64,000 bases of DNA, from NCBI GenBank assembly GCA_036172245.1, contig JAYWIR010000048.1, positions 744,001-808,000 of the forward strand, written 5' to 3'. The stretch's first letter is position 1; the number at the start of each line of letters is the position of its first letter. Made by a program: the position numbers and the translations under genes. The DNA is from Raillietiella orientalis. Taxonomy: Eukaryota. The notes beneath the pieces are model-generated. The model made no database searches, was not told the DNA's origin, and saw only the letters and a list, made by a program, of their open reading frames with translations. This document shows, one piece after another, positions 24,270 through 34,703 of this stretch.

Positions 24270-26811
24270 ATCCCAAGCAGGGATACTCCTCCTGCAGGAA
24301 GTGGATCCGACTTCCAAACGTCGCATAAAGAAGCTTCGAGTCGGACGGGAAAAAACCGAAAGCTGCGACCTCGCAGAAGACCCGTGAAGCGCTGCTGACC
24401 TCTCGGGGTTCGCGTTCAAACGGCCGCGAGTTGAAACACGTGACATTCCTGAAGGAAAGCAAAAGGTGTTCGCGTGAGACATTAGGAAGGGTCCTTCATG
24501 GCATCCTGATGATGATGGTTCCGATCGAGCTGTCTGCAGGACGCGGACCGCTCGAAGTCTTACGAAGACAGCAAAACGTTCTTTCGGTGCGGAAGGGGGA
24601 AGCGCAGACGTTCAGAGCTTCGCGATTGCGCCGCAGTCGTCACTCCGGCGGCACTTAACGACAGCACGAGTGGAATGGCGTCAGACGGTGTCCGGGGAAG
24701 AGAAACTTCGAGTGCACTGGAAGCGTGCACTAGATGTCTGAGTGCGCATACAGCCGTGACTCGTGCGTCTCCTTGGAAATTCGTCGCGCCGGCTGGAGGC
24801 GAACGTTGGGAAGCCCCACCGCGTTCTGCGCCGCCGTCGCTGCGAGATCGCATCGGCCACATAGCCCGTGGCAAAAAACTGCTGGTGCCCTTCCCATCCC
24901 TCCGGGTCCGCGAAGACGCGCGCAATGCGAACCGGGCAGTCCCTGCGAGCTGCACGCTCCGCTTCGCGAAACCCAACCCGGAAAGTAGCGGAGCATGGCT
25001 GCCCCTCTGCCGGCGGCCGGTGAAATTAGGAGCGCAGGGTTGCCAAGGAACCCCCTGCAAGTTCACGAAAGGCATCCTGAGGATAAGTGGGTTGGTTGCT
25101 TGATTTGCCTTCACGTGTGCTTTGCTGCGTCCCTGCAGCTGCGGCGTGCAGCTTCCCTGTGCACTTCGTGTCTGTGACCTCTCCCGATCGATTGATCGTA
25201 TCTCCTACACAAGCAGCTTGTTGGCATCTGATAATTGTTTTAATCATTCTGTCATCGGCATTCTGTCATTTTATCTACACGCTGAGAAGAATCTTCGACC
25301 CCTTCGGGTGCCGATGATCTCGGAAAGGTCTCCCTACGAGCAAACTTTCTGCCGCTTTTGCCCTCGGAGCCAGATATTCGTTTTGAACCTCGCGGCTCGT
25401 GATACTGCATCATCGGGCTTATCCTGGGAAACTTCCAAGGGGACAAGAGAAACTCCTTTTCTGCATTTCCGGTGGAAGGCGCTCTGTCTTTTCGAAACAG
25501 TGCGGCGGACGGGAAACTCCCCAGCTTCCGCAAGGTGAGACAGTATCTCGGTGCTCCGGTGACCATGGTAACGCAGGCGGAAAGGCAGCTGGAGTCACCT
25601 CAGGAGCAGCCATTCGGAAAAGAGCAAAGGCGCTCTCCCCGCCGCCTCTGATTCGGCCGAGATCTTCCTATCTCCGCCTTAATAGACGAGATCCGCGCCA
25701 TCGTGCATGGCTACGGAACATCTCCCGGGGAAGCACAGTGACCCTTTGTCGCTCTGCCTCCCCGGGAGATGTCCTGCGACTGAAAGAATGCAGGACAGCG
25801 CAAGGCGAAGTTAATGACGTCGGGGAACAGCCGCCCTCTTCCTCAGGAGCCCTGGTCGGACATCGACCGGGAAAAGGTGATGATCCCCCGGTAACTGTTC
25901 ACCGGTCACCCCAGTCTCAGTCGCACGGTGTCCCGATGGGGAAACCCGGCGAAAGTCGGCACGCTCCGGAGTGGACGGACTTTTCTTCGGCTCTTTCGGG
26001 ATGGGGGCGCTCCGCTCCATGCTCGGAGGAGGAAAAAGGGGCGGAAGGGACTTTCGCCCGGGGAAGTTCTCCAGATGCAGAGGCCGGAGAGACCACGCGC
26101 CTGCGGAGAGGATGCTGCCGCCTTCCAGCGCGGCCGCAGCGCCGACAAGCCGCTGCTCCTCTGAAAGGCGGGAGAAACGCCACTTGCAGGGAAGGAGCTC
26201 TCGGAGACCTCCGCTCTCGGGGAGAACCGCGAGATCGAAGCAAGCCGGAGGACCGGCGCAAGATCTCATCGCGAGGCGGAGGAAGCACCCCTCCTGTTGT
26301 GTCCGAAATGTGAGGATGAGAAAGGCTCCCTCTGTCCCCTTCTCCCCGGAGAACCAGCGGAGAAGCCAAGGGGATGCGTCTCGGGAGGTCACGCCCGCCC
26401 TGCGCGCCGACCGACGCTGCCGCAGGGTTGGTCACCTTCTCGTAAAGATTTGTCTTTCCTCCAACTCCGCTGGAGAAGAAGAAAAGTCCGGGTCCTCTCC
26501 GTTTTGAACCGCGGCGGCGGCTGAGGGGGGAGAAAATAGGTAAGTAGCAGAGAGAGGGAGTCAATGAGACCCGCCGCCCCTACGGTTTCGTTGGTCTCCC
26601 TACGGACATCCTTAGGTCCGTCGAGGGCTTGCTGCCTCCCACCATCGAGGTTTGGTGCTGTGGGATTTCCCTTTCCGAGGTCTCCGTGCAGGGACCGGGC
26701 CTCGCCCTAGAGAAACCGCTTAAAGTGACCGCGACTAGCCCATGCGGGCAGGGACGGGTGAGAAACGGAACCGGAGGGTGGGGGTGATGGCAAATCACTC
26801 GGGTGTCACAG
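24270..26811 (-). mobile_element. LINE 5' half: GC-rich 5' leader, ORF1 remnant, APE endonuclease remnant
   Basis: Leader 26811-26520; EN-like ILRMPFVNLQGVPWQPCAPN (VYAPN-like) ~25085-25025 and PSDA (SDH-like) ~24685. May extend to a tail-like motif at 23673-23647. Confidence 0.55.
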
Positions 26812-26884
26812 CCGGACGCGAAATTTCCTCCGCGCGTCTCCCGATTGCCCTGGCAGGACGCCCTTGTCCCTCACCCCTCCTCAC

Positions 26885-27166
26885 CTTTCAGTATGTGGAC
26901 TGACGTGCTAGCCGTCCTGGCGTTCTGGGGAGCGCAGGTGTAGTTTCCTGCGTGGTGGGAATGGACCGAGGGGATGATGAGGATGCTGCGGTGGTCTCCG
27001 TCTTGCCTCACGAACTTGTCCTCGTCGAAGTTGATCATCTTGTCTCCGTGGTACCAGAAGTAGTACTCCGGGGTGGAAGGGTGGCGGTGCAGGACGCAGA
27101 TCAGATACAGCATGCTTCCGGAGCGGATGTACTTCTCCACGTCCCCCAGTATCTCCGCGTATGCTT
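26885..27166 (-). CDS. dpr: Dpr-family Ig protein, exon D (Ig2)
   Basis: Acceptor ttttgcctttccag, donor gtgagg. Phase 1 matches exon C (G+AA=E). Encodes EAYAEILGDVEKYIRSGSMLYLICVL...YYFWYHGDKMINFD...HAGNYTCAPQNARTASTSVHILK. Confidence 0.93.
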
Positions 27167-27249
27167 CTGGAAAGGCAAAAGTTGCGAGATGATCGCGGGA
27201 CGGAGATGTGGTCAGGCGTCTGGAGATATGCCCCGGAATGCTTTCTTTT

Positions 27250-30200
27250 TTTTTCATCTGCCCGAGGTGGATGAGAAGGCGCGTACCTCTGCGCCCGTCT
27301 TTCGGGCAAGCCGGGAAGGGCGAGGATGGGGTTACAGACTCCCTCCCCCCTCCCCTTCCTTCCTATGCGGGGTCCCTCGTGGCTTCATCGCCTTGGAGAT
27401 GGAGTCGGGCGATTTCTTTCTGCTACCCCTTTCGGGAGAACTCTTCTGCCGGGAAATATCTCGAAGGGCATCTGCATGAATTTTTTCGGAAGCACCTCCT
27501 GAGGTTTCTTTTGTCCCAGGCTGGTCAATCCCGTCCACAACCACCTCTTCCCCCGAACTCGCCGTCAGCCGGTGGGAGCTCTCATTTGAAGGGGTACAAT
27601 GCCCCACCCACGGATTTTGCCTCTCTTCCAGTATCGGAAAGCCGAGCCACGGAGGACTTTGGGTCTCACCCAGGCTTAGGAACTGAAGGATCCCCCTGTC
27701 AGCGAGGCTTCCCGGGAGCCAGGAGCGCCGCACTCCAGGAGGAAGGCAGCGACTCCATCGTCGGCAAGCAACGGGTCCCGAGGGACCCATAATGCTCTTG
27801 CTCCGTGGCAAGCGGCTGAGCAGATTCCTCTTCTGCTTTCCCAGCAGACACCGCTCCACAAACACGAGCCGGGTGGTAGAGGATGCGGAGAGAGGGTCGA
27901 GACGGCTACCAGGGATGCGAAGCAGTGGGACAGCTCCGGGCAATGAGGGATCGCTTCAAGGATGCGCGCGCGTCCCCTCCCGCGGCAAGGCGCTTGTCGT
28001 CCCTGTCTTCTTCGGGAAGCGCGGGGCCCCAGAAGCGGACGCTGGCGCACAGGCGCGTCCATCTTGAAGAGGGAGGAAGAACAGGAGGAACGCCTCCAAG
28101 AACGGGCTGGCGTCCGCCACCGGACCGAATCGATCGTGACCGGCGAGGCTAGGGCCTCGGGGAGGCAGGCGGAAAGCTCTCTTCGTTGCGCTTTTTTCCT
28201 CCGATCATTCCTTGAAGGCCACCCTTCGTCCACAGCATGCGAACTTCCATCTGCGGGCACTCGAGGCTTGTCAGCCCCCCCTCCGGATCAAGATGCTGAT
28301 TCCACTCCTACGCACACGCTCAGGCGCCCTTCTCTGTACTGCATCGCATCGTCCATGGTGAAAGGGAACTCTTGACTCCTCTTTCTTGCTGCTTCTGGCT
28401 TCTGAACTGCAAAAGGCGGAGAGAAGAGCCTTCGACACTGCAACCGCCTCAGAGAATAAAAGGAGAAAAAAAAATGCCTTTTCCTCTTTTCCATGGACCC
28501 ACGTGGGACCCTTTCTTCCCACTTCGAAGCGACAGGATTCCTCCTCATCAAAGGTGCCGAGCCTCAACAAGTCCCAGTGCACAGAGGGAGGAACAAAGAA
28601 AGGTCGCTCTCTCGTTCTCTTGAGTCGTGGAGAGTCTTGCGAGACGAAGAGCGGGAGACGTCGCGAAAGCAAAAGGCGTTTGCCATGGAAGAGGCACGTC
28701 GACGTGGAACGTCTACGTCATTCAGGATGCTGCTGCACCGATCGGAAGGACCCTCCGCGGTTTGGGTCTCCTCAGCTCGTACGGCTGGAAGAGGGAGGCC
28801 GTTTCCGCGGTTGCCGCGAGCTCCGTTCATCCTGGCCCGACATGCGCCAGGCATCCCAGCATACCTCGGACTCTCCGTGCTCCGCTTTCTGCCAGAGTTC
28901 GAGCAGTCGCGTGCACTCACAGAGAAGTTCCCTCGTCAGAGAGCGACTCCAAAGTTTCCGAAAACTCTACCACTGGTGTTCACCGGCGCCCTTTCGATGG
29001 CAGGGAAAGCGAAACAAACAGCCGCTTATCCCCTCGGCAGCGCTTTCTCCAGCACCGTCGCTGAGTTCCCACGAGGATCCACAGCCACTCGTTCGCCATG
29101 AGCCGATCCATGGCTGGAAAAGGGGAGGAGGAAGAGGAGGAGGGAAAAGAAGGCTGCGGACCACCAGCCTTTTGGATACCCTGAGTCACTTCAGTGGATT
29201 TCACTCTGCATGGTCTCTCTCCCTCCTGGACCAGCGTCATCCGCTGGCGTGTCGATTTCTGGAGGAGCTGTTGATTAGGCACGGCATCTGCAGCAGCGAA
29301 CGGAATGAAGAATCTTTGCTGCGAGTGTTAATTGCTCTGTTGTTATTCTGCAGAGCGCATCGGTACGCTCTTTGGGAGGGTCGCGTTTCCAGCTTTCTCT
29401 TCCTCCTCGCTAAGTGCCCTGATACCGACCGGAGTCATGCACAGATGGGAGGGAAGAGGAAACGAAACGCTTCTCGTGAGTTTCAGGGGGCTATAGAAGG
29501 GGGAGGAAACTTCTCTCGTGCATGTCTGGAGGTACCCCTGATTGCATTCCGAGACTGGAACGGGCATCTCGAGCATGAAAATCTCAACCTCGAGAAGCGG
29601 AAAAAGGTTTCTGCGACGCTCATATGGCTTCTCTGGAATTTGCCAATTCCAGGAACTTCGGAAAACGAAGACGAGGAGCGAGTACCAGAGGTCGCCCTTG
29701 CGCAATTCCAGCACGGAGGGGTAGCCATGGAAGGAAGGAGAAACCGTGGCGCGACCGCAGGCAGCTCGCTTATTCGCTTTGTTTGCTTGGACCAGAAGAG
29801 ACAAAGATGCAAATATGCAGAGTTCGTCCAGCGTCCAAACTCATCCCGATCATCTCTTCGGAAATCGCCATATGAAGGATGACTGAGAGCCGATGAAACG
29901 AGGCTGCCTTCGAAGACGAGCTCTAGGTCAAGGAGCACAAAAAAGCGTGCTTTTCTGAAACGACGGCTTGCGAGGCTGCTCCCCACTGGATGAAAAAGGA
30001 TGGTCCCTACGGCAGCGCCACATCAACGGGTCGGTGAAGATTTTCCAGTGCTGCGAACCTTCTGGAGGCTTCGTCTTTTCGTGCTTCAATCCCCCGAATG
30101 ATACTAAAGAGCAAAGAAAGAGCAAAGAACCAGTTGGCCTGCCCGGTAGCTCAGGGATTTCTCCCTCTTGAGATGGGGCCTGGGCCGGGCTTTCTCTCTT

Positions 30201-30552
30201 GAGCCCCTTCCCCTGTGGGTCTCTCCCCCAACAATTGCGCCCTCACATACCCAGCAAACGGCGCCCCTTCGCTTGGTGGTTTCAACCTCTGTTTCCTCAC
30301 CGCGAAAAAAGATTGCGCACCTTCCTTCTTGAAACTCGTCCGCAGCTCTGGCTGTGGTGAGCCACCACAGCATCCCGCCATTTATATATTTTATATATTG
30401 ATTTGTGGTCCCGTCCCTACCGTTCCGGACTTTCGGTTTACCGACCTGAGTATCGGGGATCCCTACATTCGTTTTTCTGCCTCCTTTGTCCGGGAACAGG
30501 GTTCCCGGATAGTTTAGTAATAAACGCCCCCGCGCACCCGGGTGGGAAACAG
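27250..30552 (+). mobile_element. One or two decayed L1/Tx1-like LINEs in a dpr intron, ending in an intact structured tail
   Basis: SLLDQ...FLEELLIRHG (LDQEKAFD region) ~29220-29290; EGRVSSFLFLLA (QG.PLSP.LF-like) ~29375; KKVSATLIWLLW ~29600; tail at 30423-30552. Confidence 0.7.
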
Positions 30553-31157
30553 CATCCCGCCTCTTTTGCTGCCGCATGGCTCCGACTCCTTCGTTCTCCA
30601 TGAGTCCCTGGCTGCGCGGCGAGACAGATTTTTCGGGACTTAGGCCGAAGCCAAGTCTCGAGGGCAGCATTCCCAAAGGGAACACTCTTCGATGCAGACC
30701 ACATGGAAGCAATTCCGTGCCAACTCACGTTGGCTGGGACACTGGCCATTCTGGCTGCAGAGCGGCCTCCTCTGCAGCTGTGACGATTCTTCTGAATCCC
30801 CCTTCGGCCCGGCAAAGGTCATCCGGCCACCGAGACCCATTCGGGCTTCGTCTCATCCTGTGTTCCCTCTTTCCCTCGTTGTCGCAGAGGCGCGCGGGTC
30901 CATAGTCGCACCTATCTCTGATGGTGTGGCTTCAAAGGAGGAGGGGGATCAAGAAAGGCAGTTCGAGAGGAGGACCGCAACGTGCAACTGCTTCCATCTT
31001 GAAGCAGGAAGTCCTTTTTTCAAACTCCTGACCCGGAGAGGGTACGGACGCCTTGCGCAGGATTACCGACACTATGAAATCTCTGGAGGTAGCACTTTTT
31101 TTCCTTTTTTTTTCCTTCACCCTTTTTGAGAATTCACGCTCACGTGGTTGATATTAC

Positions 31158-31266
31158 CGTTGACGTTTAGCTGGAGGAACAGACTGGATGGCGGATGGGA
31201 TGAAATTTGACATTCGTACAATCCAGCATCCTGTTTCTCGACTTGCTTGATTTTAAGGGACCAATT
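31158..31266 (-). CDS. dpr: Dpr-family Ig protein, exon C (end of Ig1; absent from the ORF track)
   Basis: Acceptor tgtcttttctag, donor gtaata. Encodes NWSLKIKQVEKQDAGLYECQISSHPPSSLFLQLNVN plus 1 nt (W.L.IK...D.G.YECQ Ig motif). Phase 0/1. Confidence 0.93.
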
Positions 31267-31299
31267 CTAGAAAAGACAAATCTAAAACACTTCATTTGA

Positions 31300-34200
31300 A
31301 GTAAAGATGTCAAGGGTGAAGGTGGAATGCCAACGTGAGGGTGGAAACCAAAAGGTAAGAAGTCTTAGCGAAACGAGCCAGCCAGGTTGGTTCGGTTCAG
31401 TCAACAGCCGGATGGCCTGACGGTTGAGTAGAGCCTTGGGACGGGCACTAAAAGAATCGGAAAGTAGAAAGTTCCTGCGAGCCTTTGCTCCGTGCAAGAA
31501 GCAAAGGGAGGAGCGACCGACTGCCCCGAAGAGGGTCTTTTCGGCGCATCTGAACAGAGCTCCGCTGGTCCAGCGCTGGAGAGAAAACGTCTCGTGGCAC
31601 TCCGCTGCTAATCGCCAATTTCACAACGGCGTGCACTACGTGTCACGGCTGCGGCCAAGTTACGTTTCCAAGACTTCCAGATTTTTTGCATGACCTGTCC
31701 TGCTATTTTGCAGCGCCCTGTTCACGTCGCTTGGCGCGTGTCCGACGGCCCTCGGAGCGTTTCCGGGCAGCTGCAGGTCCGAACGGGAGATGGAGTGCCT
31801 TCAAACGCTCTGCTGCTTGCAAGATTGCAGCAGCGAGAACAACGCAGGACCGTGACCCCCACGGGCGTTGCAGCCCTCGCTCTCTCCTTTCCAGCTTGTC
31901 TTGAAATCGGTATCGTTCCAGCTCTCGGCAACCTCCCTTAATATCCGAGGCTTGAAAATGCACGCTGCGCCCCTTTTTGCGAGCGGGATGGGTCCCACGC
32001 AGGAACAAATGAAGGGATTTTTCACTTGCGCTTTCCCCCGCACACATCGCGTGGCGTTCGCAGGCGTAATGGGAATCGGGAAGGAACACCTGAATCTGGA
32101 TTGCTTGCTCGATTGAATATTGGAGGGGTCCTGTGTGACACGTCATCGCGCAAGCGAGCGCCGGAGAGAGCTCCACCAGGAACGGACGCGAGGGCCCAGG
32201 AGAAACCTACGGGAAAGCACGAAGAGGCCGGTGAGGAAGAGGGCGTGCCGGTGACCGCTTCCAGGTGGACCGTTGCGTGGAAGCTGCCGGTCATCGGCGC
32301 GGACGTGCCCGAATGCCGCGTATGCCTCTACGGCGAGGCACACGCGTCCGTGTGAGCACACGTTCCCTCTCCCCCTCTGGAAAAATTCCGCACGCGAGGA
32401 GCTGATCCTTCGGGAGAGACGGCACGGCGGCAGCCCTACCTCCGTAAATGGAGAAGAGCTTTGCTGGCTCGTTTCTGCCCGTCTGATGGGGCGGCTGCTC
32501 TCGGCGGTGCGCGTGCAGCCGAGTCCGGGAGCCGCTCGAACTTTTCGGTTCTCAGACGGAGTGTCGCCCAGGGTCCGGCAGCGCGATCTGCAGCCGGGAT
32601 GGCTTCCAGGGTGCGCGCGCAGGTTTGATTCCACACAGGAATGATTTGGAACGCATGCCCCAAGGGTCTGTCCGAGGAGGAAAGGGTCGAGTTCGCCTCT
32701 TCCAGACTCTTGGGATACGAAGGACATCCGCTCTTCCTTCCTTCACCCCATTGTCGAGAATCACCGACCGGGATCACGTCCTCGAATCAGTGATGGAATA
32801 CCGTGCGTTTTCCAATGTTTTATGCATTCAATGTATGTTCATACAATTAAGAATATCTAAATTTCCATTCCTACGAAATAACGATGAAAGCTATGCGAAA
32901 ATATCAGGCTCAATATAAATTTACTCGATTAAGTGGTGGTAGGTTATTCATTAATCAGGTAATCACGATGATTACCCGAGGTTAAAGTGATGTAAACTTA
33001 CAGTACAGCTTCATACAACTCGCACAAAAGTTGTTGAACCGATATTCTCATGTATTTCATTTTTGCAAGTTCCATATGGGATTCACCACTGCAACAAAAA
33101 TAATATCCAATCATAATGTTCTATTCCTCCTGCTAATTTCTAATTAGTTCACCCACTGCGGACACTGTCGATTCACTCGAAACTCTCCTTTTATCAATTT
33201 CTTCCAATCTTTTGATTTCAATTCGCGAGCTCCTTGTTTAGGATTCCACACATTCGTCGTCATGGTATCGGCACCGGTCGCGGAGGGAACGCAGCTTCCA
33301 GCTGCACTTTTCTTTGAAACAAAAAAATACAATCAAACAAGGGTTGTCTGGAGTCCCCAAATTTTGATTCCGACGGATGGAAGCGATGAAACGGACGGCT
33401 CTGGTGGAAAGCGATTCGGGAATTGCCCGGGAACACTGAATGCCATAGATGAAATATTCCTGGATTTAGATTTATCTTTGGTGAATCTAAATAAACGAAG
33501 ATGGAGTGCCCTGAACGAGCGATAGCTGGAAATACAGCCAGTCGGCAGAAACACATGCAAGTAAGGAATTCAAGTGGGCAAATAAATGATGGTGGGCGAA
33601 TTGACGGCTGGGAAAGCGAGGTAACGGGGATGACCACATCCGACGTTCCCTGAGTGTCCCTCCGATTCTTACACACGTCTGGAACTTTGCATGATCAAAG
33701 GACTATGAGAAAGAGGCGTCTGAGAAAGAGGAAACGGCGCTCAACAACCAGTGGGGGGCACCAGCGAGCAACCCCGCAACGCGCAGCGGGGATTCGGAAT
33801 TTGGGGATCCAAGATCCAACTCGGGATAGCATCTCTGAACGCAGAGGAGGCTGCAACCTTCCCGGCGGGTTGCTCGCCAGGCACTTGGTTCCCTTCTTGC
33901 GCCGTGCGAAAGAAAAGAACGCCCTCCAAGGAGAACGCGCGCGGTCGTTTACGAACTGCATGGACCTGCGAACGGTCATTCAAAAGTGGCAAACAGATCC
34001 TCCATGACTGCGAGATTCGCATCGAATCGAACAAGTGAGATTTGGGATGGATCCCCTGCGGCGATCGTTCCACTCTCCTCCTTTAAGACGGCTACGTTCT
34101 ATTTTGGCGAAATCACCAAATTGCGCTTACGCGGTTTGGTGACACGGTCAAAACAGGATGTGACCTGAGAGTCGTCGTGCTGACAGTTGCTCGAGCCGTC

Positions 34201-34440
34201 CACGGGGATGCTCTTCCGTGAGGATGCACCGGAAGACCCCATTCGACATTTCCCTTTGGATCTGTCAAGTCTTCATGGGCTATCCGAAAGTTAGGAGAAT
34301 AAAGTCGCTGGGAGATGGACTCCAGCTCCCACAAGCCCCTTGTGCTCCACGTTCCCACTCAGAATTCCCGAAGTTCAAGTTTGCTGTTTATTTTGCTGAT
34401 TGAAATCATTGCCGAACTGCTTTGCGCACCGCGATGAAAA
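31300..34440 (-). mobile_element. Compressed L1/Tx1-like LINE (ORF1 knuckle-EN-RT), interrupted by an AT-rich insert
   Basis: ORF1 FVNDRARSPWR..F..RRKKG.KC remnant ~33955-33880; EN VGDS ~32765; RQLPRNGPPGSG (KSPG.DG-like) ~32290-32255; frameshifted ALAYADDV-like gcgctcgcttgcgcgatgacgtg at 32161-32139. Confidence 0.7.
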
Positions 34441-34657
34441 CATTCCAGGAGCGCGTCCCCATCCTTCAAGTGAAGGAAGAATTCGGTGATTTATGTTGCG
34501 CGAACTTTGCATGAGGTTCCGAAGGAACTGTGGGCAAAGAAACGTGGAGAATTCCTGGGCTGCAAGAGTGAAAAAACACTTTCACTGAACAGCTGATTCA
34601 ACAAGCAGGTGCAAGTCGGAAGAGCAGGAATCTTTGCTAACTTGGCAGCGCGGAAAG

Positions 34658-34665
<8 letters not shown>

Positions 34666-34696
<31 letters not shown>
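34666..34696 (+). repeat. (AG)n microsatellite, about 15 units
   Basis: Directly visible. Confidence 0.95.

Positions 34697-34703
<7 letters not shown>

Noticed and set aside
25399..26313. 304-aa plus-strand ORF and overlapping GC-rich ORFs
   Set aside because: Low-complexity R/G/P/S frames antisense to a decayed LINE; no domain evidence.
26575..26635. Hammerhead ribozyme
   Set aside because: A hairpin and CGAAAC are present on the minus strand, but the CTGANGA core is missing.
28386..29882. 498-aa ORF as a functional gene
   Set aside because: It drifts in and out of eroded LINE ORF2 motifs and lacks an intact YADD; a chance open frame in GC-rich debris.
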